Of a stretch of 64,000 bases of DNA, positions 18,627 to 31,062 are shown piece by piece (within the stretch, counting starts at the first letter, position 1; each line of letters starts with the position of its first letter). This stretch comes from Candidatus Latescibacterota bacterium (GTDB taxonomy: Bacteria; Latescibacterota; UBA2968), in contig OZ242010.1 in the NCBI GenBank assembly GCA_965204745.1, positions 4,640,001 to 4,704,000 of the forward strand, given 5' to 3'. Under the pieces are notes generated by a model. It searched no databases, was not told where the DNA came from, and worked only from the letters and a program-made list of their open reading frames with translations. Made by a program: the position numbers and the translations under genes.

Positions 18627-19547
18627 TTGAACTACGCGATTGAACAACATCCCGATCACCATCGCCTGCATCACATCACCATCGGTGCCGATGCTGTGGC
18701 GCGGTTTGTGCGCGAGGTCGCGGATTTGTCTGAGCAACGCTTGACATACGTGCCCTATTTGCGATTGATCGCCGCCGATAGCTTGCAACAAACCGTCGGG
18801 GGGGATTTTGCCGCGCAGATCAACGCGCTGGTGCGGGATCGCGCAAGGGGTGGGTTCACCATCGCGGTCGAAGGCGGATTCGAGACCCAGGATCAGCGCG
18901 TGGCGTTTGGCACAGGGGTTTCGCATCTGATCGGGATGCCCAATTTTGACGATATGACCGGGAATTATTACGCCTGCTTTGAGGTGCGGGATACGGACAG
19001 CAGCGATTCGTATTTGCGCCAAGCGTACCGCCTGTTCACGCTCCACACCGATGGCACGTACGTACGCGAGGTTACGGATTGGATTTTGATGATGAAAATG
19101 GCCGAGCGCGACGCGATGGGCGGGGAGTCGCGCTTGCTACATTTGGACGATTGGGAGGCATTGGCGCACTATGCCCTACATCCGATGGCCTCGTTGCCCA
19201 TGACCTACCAATCGCCGCCGAGCAAGAATTATCCCGTATCCGTTGAAAAGACCACGTTTTACGAGCGGGATGGCAAAGCCTGCGTGTGTTTTATCGATCA
19301 GTTTGTGTATCCCAAAACCATCGCGCAAGGCCGATACCTGCGCGACCTGTCCGATTCAATGGAAGCATCCGCAGTCTCGCTCCCACTGCCGCCGGATCAC
19401 CTCGTGGTGCTCAACAACCACTTCTGGCTGCACGGCCGCGAACCATTCAAAAAACACCCCAATCTCTACCGCCTTCTGATGCGCCAACGGGGACATTTTA
19501 GAGCGGAAAATGCAGAGGATGAACCATGCCGAAAATCAACGATTTGA
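18627..19547 (+). CDS. glaH: Glutarate 2-hydroxylase (CsiD/GlaH)
   Basis: YVPYLRL, DSSDSYLRQAY..LHTDGTY, GGESRLLHLDDW, NNHFWLHGR, LMRQRG; TTG start after AAGGAG. Confidence 0.9.
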   Translation: MNYAIEQHPDHHRLHHITIGADAVARFVREVADLSEQRLTYVPYLRLIAADSLQQTVGGDFAAQINALVRDRARGGFTIAVEGGFETQDQRVAFGTGVSHLIGMPNFDDMTGNYYACFEVRDTDSSDSYLRQAYRLFTLHTDGTYVREVTDWILMMKMAERDAMGGESRLLHLDDWEALAHYALHPMASLPMTYQSPPSKNYPVSVEKTTFYERDGKACVCFIDQFVYPKTIAQGRYLRDLSDSMEASAVSLPLPPDHLVVLNNHFWLHGREPFKKHPNLYRLLMRQRGHFRAENAEDEPCRKSTI

Positions 19548-20386
19548 ACTTGAAGAATTGGAAGCAATACGGCGATATCATCACCGATAGCCTGTGGTTG
19601 ATTGGCGAGCGCGACAAATCCGGGGCGCACAATAACGCTTACCACGGCAACTTTATCCCCCAAATCCCGAATCAGATGATGAAGCGGTTCACGCAAAAAG
19701 GCGATGTTGTTTTGGATGCGTTTTTGGGGCACGGCACGACCCTCATCGAAGCGAAGCGGTTGGGCCGGCACGGCATCGGCGTTGAGTTGATCCCCGAGGT
19801 GGCGGAATACGCGAAACAAAATATCAGCCAAGAGGAACTGTCTTTTGAACAGGCAGGTGCTGAAGTCAGTGGCGACAATGTTTTGACAGAAGTCATCGTC
19901 GCAGACAGCACGACAAAATCTGCACGCACCGAGGTTTTGGAAGCCCTGGACAAAATGGGCAAAAAGCACATCCATTTAATTTTGCTACATCCCCCGTATC
20001 ACGACATCATCAAGTTCAGCGACCAAAAATCAGATCTGTGCAATGCCGCAAGCGTTGAAGAATTTGCCGCGAAGTTCGGCGAGGTGATTGAAAATTTTAC
20101 CGATTTATTGGCGCGGGACAGATACTTGGCGGTTGTGATTGGCGACAAATACACCAATAGCGAGTGGGTGCCACTCGGGTTTTATCTGATGCAAGAAACC
20201 CTGAAGCGCGGGCATGGCCTCATGCTGAAAAGCATTCTCGTCAAAAATATGGTGAACAACCGCGCAAAGCAGAATCGGGAAAATCTGTGGCGTTATCGCG
20301 CACTCGGCGGCGGGTTCTACATTTTCAAGCACGAGTACATTTTCGTTTTCAAAAAAGTATCACGCAAGATATGCTCGTCAACATGA
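19526..20386 (+). CDS. DNA amino-methyltransferase (N4/N6, Trm11-like)
   Basis: YHGNFIPQIP, LDAFLGHGTT (motif I), HPPY (motif IV), HEYIFVFKK. Confidence 0.88.
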   Translation: MPKINDLNLKNWKQYGDIITDSLWLIGERDKSGAHNNAYHGNFIPQIPNQMMKRFTQKGDVVLDAFLGHGTTLIEAKRLGRHGIGVELIPEVAEYAKQNISQEELSFEQAGAEVSGDNVLTEVIVADSTTKSARTEVLEALDKMGKKHIHLILLHPPYHDIIKFSDQKSDLCNAASVEEFAAKFGEVIENFTDLLARDRYLAVVIGDKYTNSEWVPLGFYLMQETLKRGHGLMLKSILVKNMVNNRAKQNRENLWRYRALGGGFYIFKHEYIFVFKKVSRKICSST

Positions 20387-20658
20387 TCGCCGATGGGAGT
20401 CGGGTTAGACAGGGAGACCAAATCATTACAGAACTTTGCAGAGAAATTTATGACTGAAAGCAGTTGAAGCGGACGCAAATAACGTCATACAAATTCAAAG
20501 ATATGTGGAATTGAAATTTGTTGAATACTCGGTCAAAGATAACTTATATTTTGAAGTGGTCCATTATTGATGAAATCCGAAAAATAAATCAGTCAACTTT
20601 CACTATCTCCTCACCCCATCGCACATCCTTGTGTATCGAAAAAAAAGAAAGGAACCGC

Positions 20659-20889
20659 ATGCCCATTCCCATCATTGACCCATCACAAGCCACCACGAAC
20701 GAAAGGCTGACAAGGCTTGAAGCGATTGCGGAACAGCACACACTCGCCTTGGCCGAGATCAAAGCACATATCGCAAGAGTTGAAGATCGCGTGGACAAGT
20801 CTTTTCGTTGGCTTGTTGGGATTCTCTTCACAATTCTCCTGGCCATCTTGGGCGCGACGGTGACGATTTTGTTGAATTTGCCCAAGTAA
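20659..20889 (+). CDS. Small coiled-coil protein with C-terminal TM helix, copy 1
   Basis: AAAGGA RBS; ERLTRLE..VEDRVDKSFRWLVGILFTILL. Confidence 0.75.
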   Translation: MPIPIIDPSQATTNERLTRLEAIAEQHTLALAEIKAHIARVEDRVDKSFRWLVGILFTILLAILGATVTILLNLPK

Positions 20890-20941
20890 TCTCCCTTCAC
20901 CCATCGCACCTCACTGTAGTCACAAAAAAGAAAGGAACCGC

Positions 20942-21208
20942 ATGCCCATTCCCATCATTGACCCGTCACAAGCCACTACCAACGAAAGACTAGCAAGGCT
21001 TGAAGCGATTGCTGAACAACACAAGCAAAATTTGATCAGTCTTGAAGATCGCATCACAAGAGTTGAAGATCATATCGCAAGAGTTGAAGAGCGCATAGTT
21101 GCAGATCGCATGGACAAGTCTTTCCGTTGGCTCGTTGGGATTCTCTTCACAATTCTCCTGACCATCTTGGGCGCGACGGTGACGATTTTGTTGAATTTGC
21201 CCAAGTAA
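20942..21208 (+). CDS. Small coiled-coil protein with C-terminal TM helix, copy 2
   Basis: Tandem paralog of 20659 with extra heptads. Confidence 0.8.
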   Translation: MPIPIIDPSQATTNERLARLEAIAEQHKQNLISLEDRITRVEDHIARVEERIVADRMDKSFRWLVGILFTILLTILGATVTILLNLPK

Positions 21209-21233
21209 TCCCCCTTCGCCCTATCGACATGAC

Positions 21234-21270
21234 AAAAGGTCTCATTCCAAATGCAGGAATGAGACCTTTT
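21234..21270. terminator. Bidirectional intrinsic terminator
   Basis: AAAAGGTCTCATTCC-loop-GGAATGAGACCTTTT. Confidence 0.85.
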
Positions 21271-21346
21271 AACTGGCTATCGCCAGTTGTCCCGCTCGTG
21301 GCTAAATTTCCATCGCCCCTCTGTGTTCATTCGCCCTTCATTCGCG

Positions 21347-23878
21347 TCAAAAATTCGGCGCGGGAAATGGTGGCAGGGGCGTGTTGCGGAAGGTGTCCCA
21401 TTCTGTGCGGAGGGTGTTGAGCCACGGAGGGAGGGTTTGGAGGCGGGATTCGAGTTGGGCTTCAAAGAGCGATTCCGGCATGACCGGGCTACCATTGGAT
21501 TCGAGCACTTGGAGAGTACCCGTATTAAACGTGGCGGGGTCCCCGTGAAAGCCGACGATGATGGGTTGCACAAATCGGTCGCGCGCGTCGCCCGGGCGCC
21601 AAAAATCGTAGTGCCTCTGATTGCCGCGATGTTTGAAATTCCAGAGGACGTAATGCTTGAGGTGATTGGGGTAATTGGCGAGGGACGCGCCGCTGCCGTA
21701 CAAAATCCCGCCATTGACCCGGTCGAGCAGGTTGGCATAAGGTTGCGCGCCGTGCGCGTCGATGCGCTGATCGGGCAACATGTCGTACCGCCAATACACC
21801 GTGCCGACGGATCGACTGCTCGTGCCCGGCCCGTGCCAATGGCCCGATAGGTCTTCGGAAAGCCCGATCCACACGCCGTAACCGCCATTGCTCGCAATGG
21901 ACGAATGCCCCAGGTTGCCCGCTTGCGTGACGTGATAAACAGAGACCGCAGAACTCGACCCGATGTGCAGAGCGCGGTTGCTGTTGACAAAAGAAACGCG
22001 CCGAATCCATGAATTGACGCATCGGTCGAGTTGGACCAAACTCCAGCCGCCGTCGTGAATCGCGTTTTTGTGGTGGACAAATTCCTCGTACCACGACCCG
22101 TGAAAACCGATGTCCTCTATGCCGATTTCCTCGAGGTGCTGGTATTCGCGCACGGTCCAGTTATACGTGTGATTGACGTTTGTGTGCAGGGGTTCGTTGA
22201 GGCGAATCCGATTGCCCTGAATGTCGGCGATGCTGTGCTTTTCGCGCACTTGGATGCCATTGGTGGTCATGGTCGTCCAGATCGGTTCCGCAGGGTACGG
22301 CGCGAGGAACTCGGCGATGGCCGCGGTGCTGTTTGCATAGAGCGTAATCCATTGTCCGGGCGTGAGGTTGGCCGCGTTGTCCAAGGTGAGGTAAAAGGTT
22401 TCTCTGCCCGCGCTTGCCGCGATGTTCGCCAAGCGTCTGTCGCTCGTATTCGCGGGTTGGAAGATGAACATGTAAGGCGATGTCCACAGTTGATCGGGAT
22501 TGGTCGGCGGCATGTAATTGACCTGCCGAATGATCGTGCCCCCTGCGCGGCTGCCGCTTCCTCTGAGGACGATATTGCTGCCGCGGATGTAGATGGACTG
22601 GTTGTCGTCTGCGTGGGTGTTGACCAAAAATTCCCCGGGCGGAAAGAAGACGATGCCGCCGTTGTTTTGCTCGGCTGCGCGAATGGCGCGTTGGATGGCG
22701 GGTTGGTCAGACAGGTCGTCATTGGGAATCGCGCCGTAATCCGCGACATTGAAGACGTCGGCGCGGATATCCGGAACGGGTTTGGCAAAGTAGTGATAGC
22801 CCGCGTAGGAAAAATCGGGCAAAATGGGTTCTGTGTCGTTCTGTTTGGCGGTTACAAATTGTCGCCATGTGCGCGACGGGCCGGTTTGCGGGACGTAAGC
22901 AGTCCACTTGTTGCGCGTTTGGACATATCCCGCGACCTGCGCCCAAATTGGGATCGGGTATATCTCGGTCGGATCGCGTTCGGCGAGGAGCGTCTGCGGG
23001 ATGGACACGCGAACCCGCGTCGTCCCCGCGGGGATCGTGTGCGTGGATAAAACCCGTGCGGCCGTTCCCACTTCGATGCTCAACGGGTCTGCGGTGTGGT
23101 TCTCAAATGCGATGGGAATGTGCGTGCGGATACCCGAGCCATATCCCCTTGCGAAAACCAGGAAATCGCCAAACCCAATGTTGCCATCCGCATCGAGGTC
23201 GTAGATCGGATCATAGACCGCGTCGCCCCGCGCTGCGCCGAATTTCGGGGCGAAGAGAAGGAAATCGCCAAAGCCGACAGTATCGTCGCCGTTGAAATCG
23301 AGACGGGCACGGCCTTCTGTTCCGCGCACAGGCGCATCGACTTGCCATGAAAAGGTCTGATCGACCGTTGCGATGTGATCGATGAACAGGCGTGCGTTTG
23401 CATTTTGCCCGGTTTCGGTTCTAAAGGTGATGTACCGCCTGTTGTGATCGGGTTGCCCGCCCCAGTCGTCGTATTGCGGTTTGTCCAGTTCCACAACCGA
23501 GAGTTGCCAGCCCCGCGGCGGCGTTTGCCCCTCCCAGATCGCATAAACCGCTTCCATGCCCCCCACCAAGGGGTAGTTGCGAACCTTGATTTTCAAATCT
23601 TGCAGGCCCGTGCCCTCCACCTTCCACCAGAAACTCAAGCTGTGCTTGTCTGCGACATTCTGCCCGGTGCTACGAAAATCATAAGTCACAAACCCGGTCT
23701 TTCCCGCAGGTACAGAAGCCACAATGGCAAATCGCCCCTCGCGTGCATCTGTCGATAACCGCACGCTATTGGGCCATCCCGAGACACTTTCGCAAAGCGT
23801 CAAGGTGTGAACCGGCTCGTTGGCAAAGCCCGCGCTGGCGTATAGCACTGTCAAGGCGAGGATTAAAATTGATCGCAT
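21347..23878 (-). CDS. Secreted DUF4955 / pectate-lyase-3 beta-helix protein with internal EF-hand (dockerin-like) module
   Basis: Signal peptide; DFNGDDTVGFGDFLLF..DLDADGNIGFGDF; ILPDFSYAGYH; VADYGAIPND; VFFPPGEF; PESLFEAQL. Confidence 0.8.
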   Translation of the reverse strand: MRSILILALTVLYASAGFANEPVHTLTLCESVSGWPNSVRLSTDAREGRFAIVASVPAGKTGFVTYDFRSTGQNVADKHSLSFWWKVEGTGLQDLKIKVRNYPLVGGMEAVYAIWEGQTPPRGWQLSVVELDKPQYDDWGGQPDHNRRYITFRTETGQNANARLFIDHIATVDQTFSWQVDAPVRGTEGRARLDFNGDDTVGFGDFLLFAPKFGAARGDAVYDPIYDLDADGNIGFGDFLVFARGYGSGIRTHIPIAFENHTADPLSIEVGTAARVLSTHTIPAGTTRVRVSIPQTLLAERDPTEIYPIPIWAQVAGYVQTRNKWTAYVPQTGPSRTWRQFVTAKQNDTEPILPDFSYAGYHYFAKPVPDIRADVFNVADYGAIPNDDLSDQPAIQRAIRAAEQNNGGIVFFPPGEFLVNTHADDNQSIYIRGSNIVLRGSGSRAGGTIIRQVNYMPPTNPDQLWTSPYMFIFQPANTSDRRLANIAASAGRETFYLTLDNAANLTPGQWITLYANSTAAIAEFLAPYPAEPIWTTMTTNGIQVREKHSIADIQGNRIRLNEPLHTNVNHTYNWTVREYQHLEEIGIEDIGFHGSWYEEFVHHKNAIHDGGWSLVQLDRCVNSWIRRVSFVNSNRALHIGSSSAVSVYHVTQAGNLGHSSIASNGGYGVWIGLSEDLSGHWHGPGTSSRSVGTVYWRYDMLPDQRIDAHGAQPYANLLDRVNGGILYGSGASLANYPNHLKHYVLWNFKHRGNQRHYDFWRPGDARDRFVQPIIVGFHGDPATFNTGTLQVLESNGSPVMPESLFEAQLESRLQTLPPWLNTLRTEWDTFRNTPLPPFPAPNF

Positions 23879-23892
23879 GGTGGGTTCTCCTA

Positions 23893-24382
23893 GCTCGGTT
23901 TATCGAGAAAATCAAGCCCTATCGCAGGATATGCTCTCGGATTGAGAAACTGGAACAGTCGCCCATTTGGATTTCTCGCTTTTGCTACCACGCTCATTGT
24001 ATTCACGGACGTTATGCACTTCAAATAAATCACACCAAGTAGCCCTTGCAAAAGCCCATCAGCGAAAGCCATCACGCACAGCGCGCAAGTCCGTCTCGCA
24101 ACCAACATCCATCTTGCAACCCACTTTGCAGGCTGGCGCATATCGTTCTGTTACAAAAGCGATTTGCGCTGTGCAAGCCTCTCGGCGTTTGAGAGCGGCA
24201 TTTTTGAACTGCTGGGGCAGTTGTACCCCGCTCGCCTACTTTTTTTTGCTGTTGAAAAAAAGTAGGTCGCCGAAGGCATCGGAGGCAACCAACGAGGCTT
24301 TAGGACCAAACGCCTTAAATGAGCAAGCAACACATTTGCTAATCTGTACGTAATGTGAAAAAAATAAAATGTCAACACGACC
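23893..24382. mobile_element. MITE family A variant with alternative internal cargo
   Basis: Family A subterminal sequences at both ends, one TIR AAATGTCAACACGACC[TA]; interior matches 835-1105 inverted. Confidence 0.75.
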
Positions 24383-24541
24383 TAATATATCCATCCACAC
24401 GCGATTGGACAAGGGCTTTGCCAGAGTGTCTGTTTGTGCAGACAGGCAGGCAGGGCGGTCAATGTCAAAATGGGCGGGTTTGTGGCGATATGTCAGCGGG
24501 GGCGATGGAACATAAAATCGTTCTAAGAGAAGCCAAAATGA

Positions 24542-24608
24542 TAACGCCTTGATTTACAGCGAGTTACAAAAATATAAAAAAATCACAGCATTTGGCACGG
24601 GGATTGCA
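24542..24608 (+). promoter_or_regulatory. Sigma54 (-24/-12) promoter with upstream IHF site for hsp20-clpB
   Basis: TGGCACG-GGGA-TTGCA at 24593-24608; AATCAAGGCGTTA (WATCAAN4TTR) on the minus strand at 24542-24554. Confidence 0.8.
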
Positions 24609-24665
24609 AATAAAAGGGGCGAGAGAAACAATCAATCGTTCCACAACTCATCAAGGAGGTCGGAG

Positions 24666-25073
24666 ATGGCACTGATTCGTTGGCAACCCCGTGAGTCCTT
24701 CGCGCTTCAGCGCGAGTTGGGCAATTTGCTCGATACTTGGACGGGCTGGCATCCCCGCGTGGACGTGGCCGAATCGGAGCACGCCTTCACGGTTCACGCC
24801 GAATTGCCCGGGCTTCGCAAGGAAGACATCCAAGTGACGCTCGAAGACGACATGCTCACTATCGCGGGCGAGCGGAAGTACGAAGACGCGCAGAAGGACG
24901 AGCAGTTCTACCGTCGGGAGCGCGCGTACGGGACGTTCAGACGCTCTTTTGGCTTGGGCACAGAAGTCGATGCCGACAAAATTGCCGCGAACTACAAGGA
25001 TGGGATTTTGACCCTGACCTTGCCCAAGTCCGAAGCCGCAAAGCCCCGTCAGATTGATGTCACCGTATCTTAA
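24666..25073 (+). CDS. Hsp20 / alpha-crystallin small heat shock protein
   Basis: AAGGAGGT RBS; WHPRVDV, AELPGL, ERAYGTFRRSF, ANYKDGILTLTLPK. Confidence 0.96.
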   Translation: MALIRWQPRESFALQRELGNLLDTWTGWHPRVDVAESEHAFTVHAELPGLRKEDIQVTLEDDMLTIAGERKYEDAQKDEQFYRRERAYGTFRRSFGLGTEVDADKIAANYKDGILTLTLPKSEAAKPRQIDVTVS

Positions 25074-25181
25074 AGGCGGGAGACGTAAGACGTAAGACGT
25101 GAGACGCGAGAGGGTTGGGCGGTTGTTCCACCTCTCACGTCTTACGTCTCACCTTTTACCACTGACAACTGGAGACCCAAA

Positions 25182-25680
25182 ATGGACATGAACAAATTGA
25201 CTGAAAAATCGCGCGAGGCCGTGCAACAGGCGCAGAAGATCGCGTTGCGCTCTGGGCATTGGGAAGTGGAAGGGGAACATCTGCTCGCCAGTCTGATCGG
25301 TCAGGAAGATGGCTTGTCGCGCCACCTGCTCTCGCGCATGCAAGTGCCGGGCGATGCCCTCAAATCGGAGGTCGAAAAAGCACTGATGGTGCTGTTGCCC
25401 AAGGTGCCTGGCCCCGGTGTTGAGCACGGCAAAGTGTACGCGTCACAGTGTTTTCAAAAGTTGCTTTGCGCGGCCCAAGAGGAAGCGCGCAGGCTGAAGG
25501 ATGAGTACGTCTCGGTCGAGCACCTCTTGTTGGCCCTCATCGACGAGGGCGAGCAAACGCAGGCGGGTTGCATTTTGAAGCAGTTCAACATCACGCGGGA
25601 CAATTTTCTGTCCGTGCTGATGCAGGTGCGCGGCAATCAGCGCGTGACGAGTGTCCATCCCGAAGGGGCGTATGAAGCCC

Positions 25681-25697
<17 letters not shown>
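25182..25697 (+). CDS. Stand-alone Clp N-terminal (double Clp-R) domain from partial clpB duplication
   Basis: 25188-25680 is a diverged copy of 25681-26170; own RBS; stop overlaps the clpB start. Confidence 0.75.
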
Positions 25698-28314
<2,617 letters not shown>

Positions 28315-28431
28315 TCCCGTGACTTTTGTCTTTGCCCCGCCAGACTCGTTTTCCCCCTTGCCATTGCCTGCAAAATAGGATACATTTGTGAACCGAGAGA
28401 CGGTCTTAACCACAACGGAAAGGGCGGGAAG

Positions 28432-28716
28432 ATGGCAGGAGAAGTTTCCAAACTCGCGGAGCGGCAAGCCAAGCTAGAAGGCGAGAACAAACAGATCGGT
28501 CAACGCGTTTCCAATGTGGAACACGACCAGCGCAACCTGGCGGGTCGAATGGACGACAAGTTTGAGATTTTGCTTTCTCGCGTGGACAACACGCTCAGCG
28601 AATTGAGGCAGGACAACAAGGATTTGTCCAACCGGATGCACCGAGACTTCAAATGGCTGATCGGTGCGATTTTAGGGACCGGGATTCTGTTGAAAATCAT
28701 CGACAAGGTTTGGTGA
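28432..28716 (+). CDS. Small coiled-coil protein with C-terminal TM helix
   Basis: ERQAKLEG..DFKWLIGAILGTGIL; same architecture as 20659 and 20942. Confidence 0.75.
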   Translation: MAGEVSKLAERQAKLEGENKQIGQRVSNVEHDQRNLAGRMDDKFEILLSRVDNTLSELRQDNKDLSNRMHRDFKWLIGAILGTGILLKIIDKVW

Positions 28717-28751
28717 ATCTCGCAGAGACCGGACGCGCTCCAAACTATTTC

Positions 28752-28787
28752 AACCCCACAGAATGAATTGATTTTGTGGGGTTTTTT
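28752..28787 (+). terminator. Intrinsic terminator
   Basis: AACCCCACAGAA-loop-TTTTGTGGGGTT followed by T-tract. Confidence 0.8.
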
Positions 28788-28800
28788 CATCAATGACAGA

Positions 28801-30552
28801 ATGCGTTACGCCAATTTCACAACGGTGTTGTTCGCCGCGTTGTGGTTGATGCCCACGCAGATCCGCGCCCAGCCCGCGGCCAGCGCGCCTATCGTGAGGT
28901 TGCTCCATATTTCGGGCAATGAGGGGATTGCCACGGGCGAACTCAAGGCTTTGATGGTCACGCGATCCTCGGCCTGGTACGATTTTCTGCCCTATATCCA
29001 CGCGCGCAGGTACGATTCCGCGACCTTTGTCGCTGATTTGGAACGGTTGCGAGCGCATTACCGCAATCTGGGATATTTGGATGTGGAGGTCGATTCTGCG
29101 ATTGAACGCTTGGGCGCGGATGAGATTCAACTCGGTGTCCGCATCGCAGAGGGCCCGTTGACGCGCATTGCGCGGGCGTCCGTGATGGGCGGAGAAGATG
29201 TCGAGCAGGCGTTTGGGCAACTCGAGGGCGCGCCCTTGTCGCGCGATCTCATCGGCGCAAGCGTCTCGCGGGTTCTCCGTGCGTTGCGCGATAGGGGCTA
29301 TGCGTTTGCCCGCGGCGAGGTCGAGACCGAGATTTTGGAAGATCGGGCCGACCTCGTTCTCCATCTCGCGCCCGGCCCGGTGTGTAGCGTGCGTGCGATT
29401 CGCATCTCCGGCAACGATGCCGTGCCCGAGCAAGTCATTCTGCGCGGGTTGACTTTCAAAGCCGGGACGCGATTTCGAGAACGGGCCTTGCGAAACAGCC
29501 AGCACCAACTCTACCGTGCAGGCGTGTTTCGCTCCGTGGTTTTGGACCTTGCGGACAGCGTCGCGGCGACAAATCAGGTGGATGTGCGCGTGCGCGTGTC
29601 TGAGCGGCCCTTTTGGGTTTCGCGCTTGGGCGCGGGATACGATACGGATGAAGATTTTTGGGCATCGGGCGAGGTGACGCACCGCAATTTTGCAGGGGGC
29701 GCACGCCAACTCCAGTTGTCCGGGCGCGTTTCGGAGAAGAACCGAGAAGCGACCCTCGGCGTGCGGCAGCCGTATTTCTTCAGCAGCCGCAACTATTTGC
29801 ACGTCAGTGGATTTGTGCAGCGCGAACGCCAAGCCGCGTTCAGCCAAGACGAGGTGGGGGTCAATTTTTCGTTGGAGCGAAATATCACGCCGACCAATAA
29901 TTTGATCGCGCAGTTCAGTGGGGGCGTGGTGGATTTTTCAGCGGACAGCGCGTTTGCCGAAACCAAGGTGCGATGGCTTTGGGACACGCGAGACGATATT
30001 TTCGATCCGCAGTCGGGCGCGCTCACGCAACTCACCGTGCGCGAGCGGGGGCGGTTTTTCAGAGCCGATAGCGAGTTCTTGCAGGCGACTGCCGAAGGCC
30101 GCTGGTTTCACCCCATCCCCTGGCGGAGTGTTTTGGCGTTGCGCGTGCAAGGGGGCGCGATTTTTGAACTGGGCAACCCGGGCAACGTGCCCAATGTCGA
30201 GCGGTTTTTTGCGGGCGGCCTGAACAGCGTGCGCGGATGGCGGTTGAACGATTTGGGGCCAAAAGACGCCCAGGGCGAACCCACCGGCGGGTTGAGCCGC
30301 GCAGAACTGAGCGTGGAGATCAGGACGCAGATGTTCTTTTCCTGGGGCACGGCCATTTTTTTGGACGCGGGCAATGTCGATCCCGGTCTCCATGCGTTCA
30401 ATCCCCAAAATCTGAAATGGGCTATCGGCGCGGGCTTGCGCTACTTAAGCCCCATCGGCCCGGTCAGACTCGACATCGCCTACCGCCTGTCAGAAGACCC
30501 AACTGCCGGGCAACGCCTGCAATATCACATCAGCTTGGGACAAGCGTTTTGA
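28801..30552 (+). CDS. Omp85 family protein (TamA-like)
   Basis: POTRA-like repeats, RFFAGGLNSVRGW, GAGLRYLSPIGPVRLD, C-terminal SLGQAF. Confidence 0.9.
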   Translation: MRYANFTTVLFAALWLMPTQIRAQPAASAPIVRLLHISGNEGIATGELKALMVTRSSAWYDFLPYIHARRYDSATFVADLERLRAHYRNLGYLDVEVDSAIERLGADEIQLGVRIAEGPLTRIARASVMGGEDVEQAFGQLEGAPLSRDLIGASVSRVLRALRDRGYAFARGEVETEILEDRADLVLHLAPGPVCSVRAIRISGNDAVPEQVILRGLTFKAGTRFRERALRNSQHQLYRAGVFRSVVLDLADSVAATNQVDVRVRVSERPFWVSRLGAGYDTDEDFWASGEVTHRNFAGGARQLQLSGRVSEKNREATLGVRQPYFFSSRNYLHVSGFVQRERQAAFSQDEVGVNFSLERNITPTNNLIAQFSGGVVDFSADSAFAETKVRWLWDTRDDIFDPQSGALTQLTVRERGRFFRADSEFLQATAEGRWFHPIPWRSVLALRVQGGAIFELGNPGNVPNVERFFAGGLNSVRGWRLNDLGPKDAQGEPTGGLSRAELSVEIRTQMFFSWGTAIFLDAGNVDPGLHAFNPQNLKWAIGAGLRYLSPIGPVRLDIAYRLSEDPTAGQRLQYHISLGQAF

Positions 30553-30584
30553 TCCATAATGACGCTGGGCTGACCGCTGATGGC

Positions 30585-30770
30585 TTTGCGCGAGGGGACC
30601 TATCCCATCACCGCCCCACCGTGTCTGAATCGCGGATTAAACGGATTAGGGGATTACGCGGATTACCCCACATCCCCACCGCCACTTTACCGTTTCCCGC
30701 CTCCATCCCTCGCAGGCACAGGCGTAGCCTACAACGAAGCGTAGCGAGTAACGGGGCCAGGGTTTAGGTC
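30585..30770. repeat. Composite repeat block (REP-A fragments plus CGCGGATT repeats)
   Basis: GGGGACCTATCCC; TCTGAATCGCGGATTAAACGGATTAGGGGATTACGCGGATT (related copies near 43084 and, inverted, 59822). Confidence 0.75.
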
Positions 30771-31062
30771 ACAATTCCCTTGACTAGAAAGACATAGTAT
30801 CTTAATTTGTCTTCAGCATCGTTATTTTTTTCACGTAGGCAAAAGCCATGCCTGCACAACTCGTTCTATTTTCAAGAGAGTTCACATGTTGACCACCATT
30901 TTTCGACGTTGTTCAAACCTGTTTGGAGGCCACCGTTCCCCTGCGAAAAGAGGGGTTCATATCGCCCATCCCCGCCTTGGAATGTGGTTCTATTTCATTG
31001 CAAAACAGTCTGTTAGGATGATCAGTACAGTGTACCCCCCCCCCCCTCGAGAGGAGGGTAAA

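Noticed and set aside
30886-31062. Longer N-terminus of the LRR protein
   Set aside because: The strong RBS and signal peptide begin at 31063; the extension is kept only as a possible regulatory feature.
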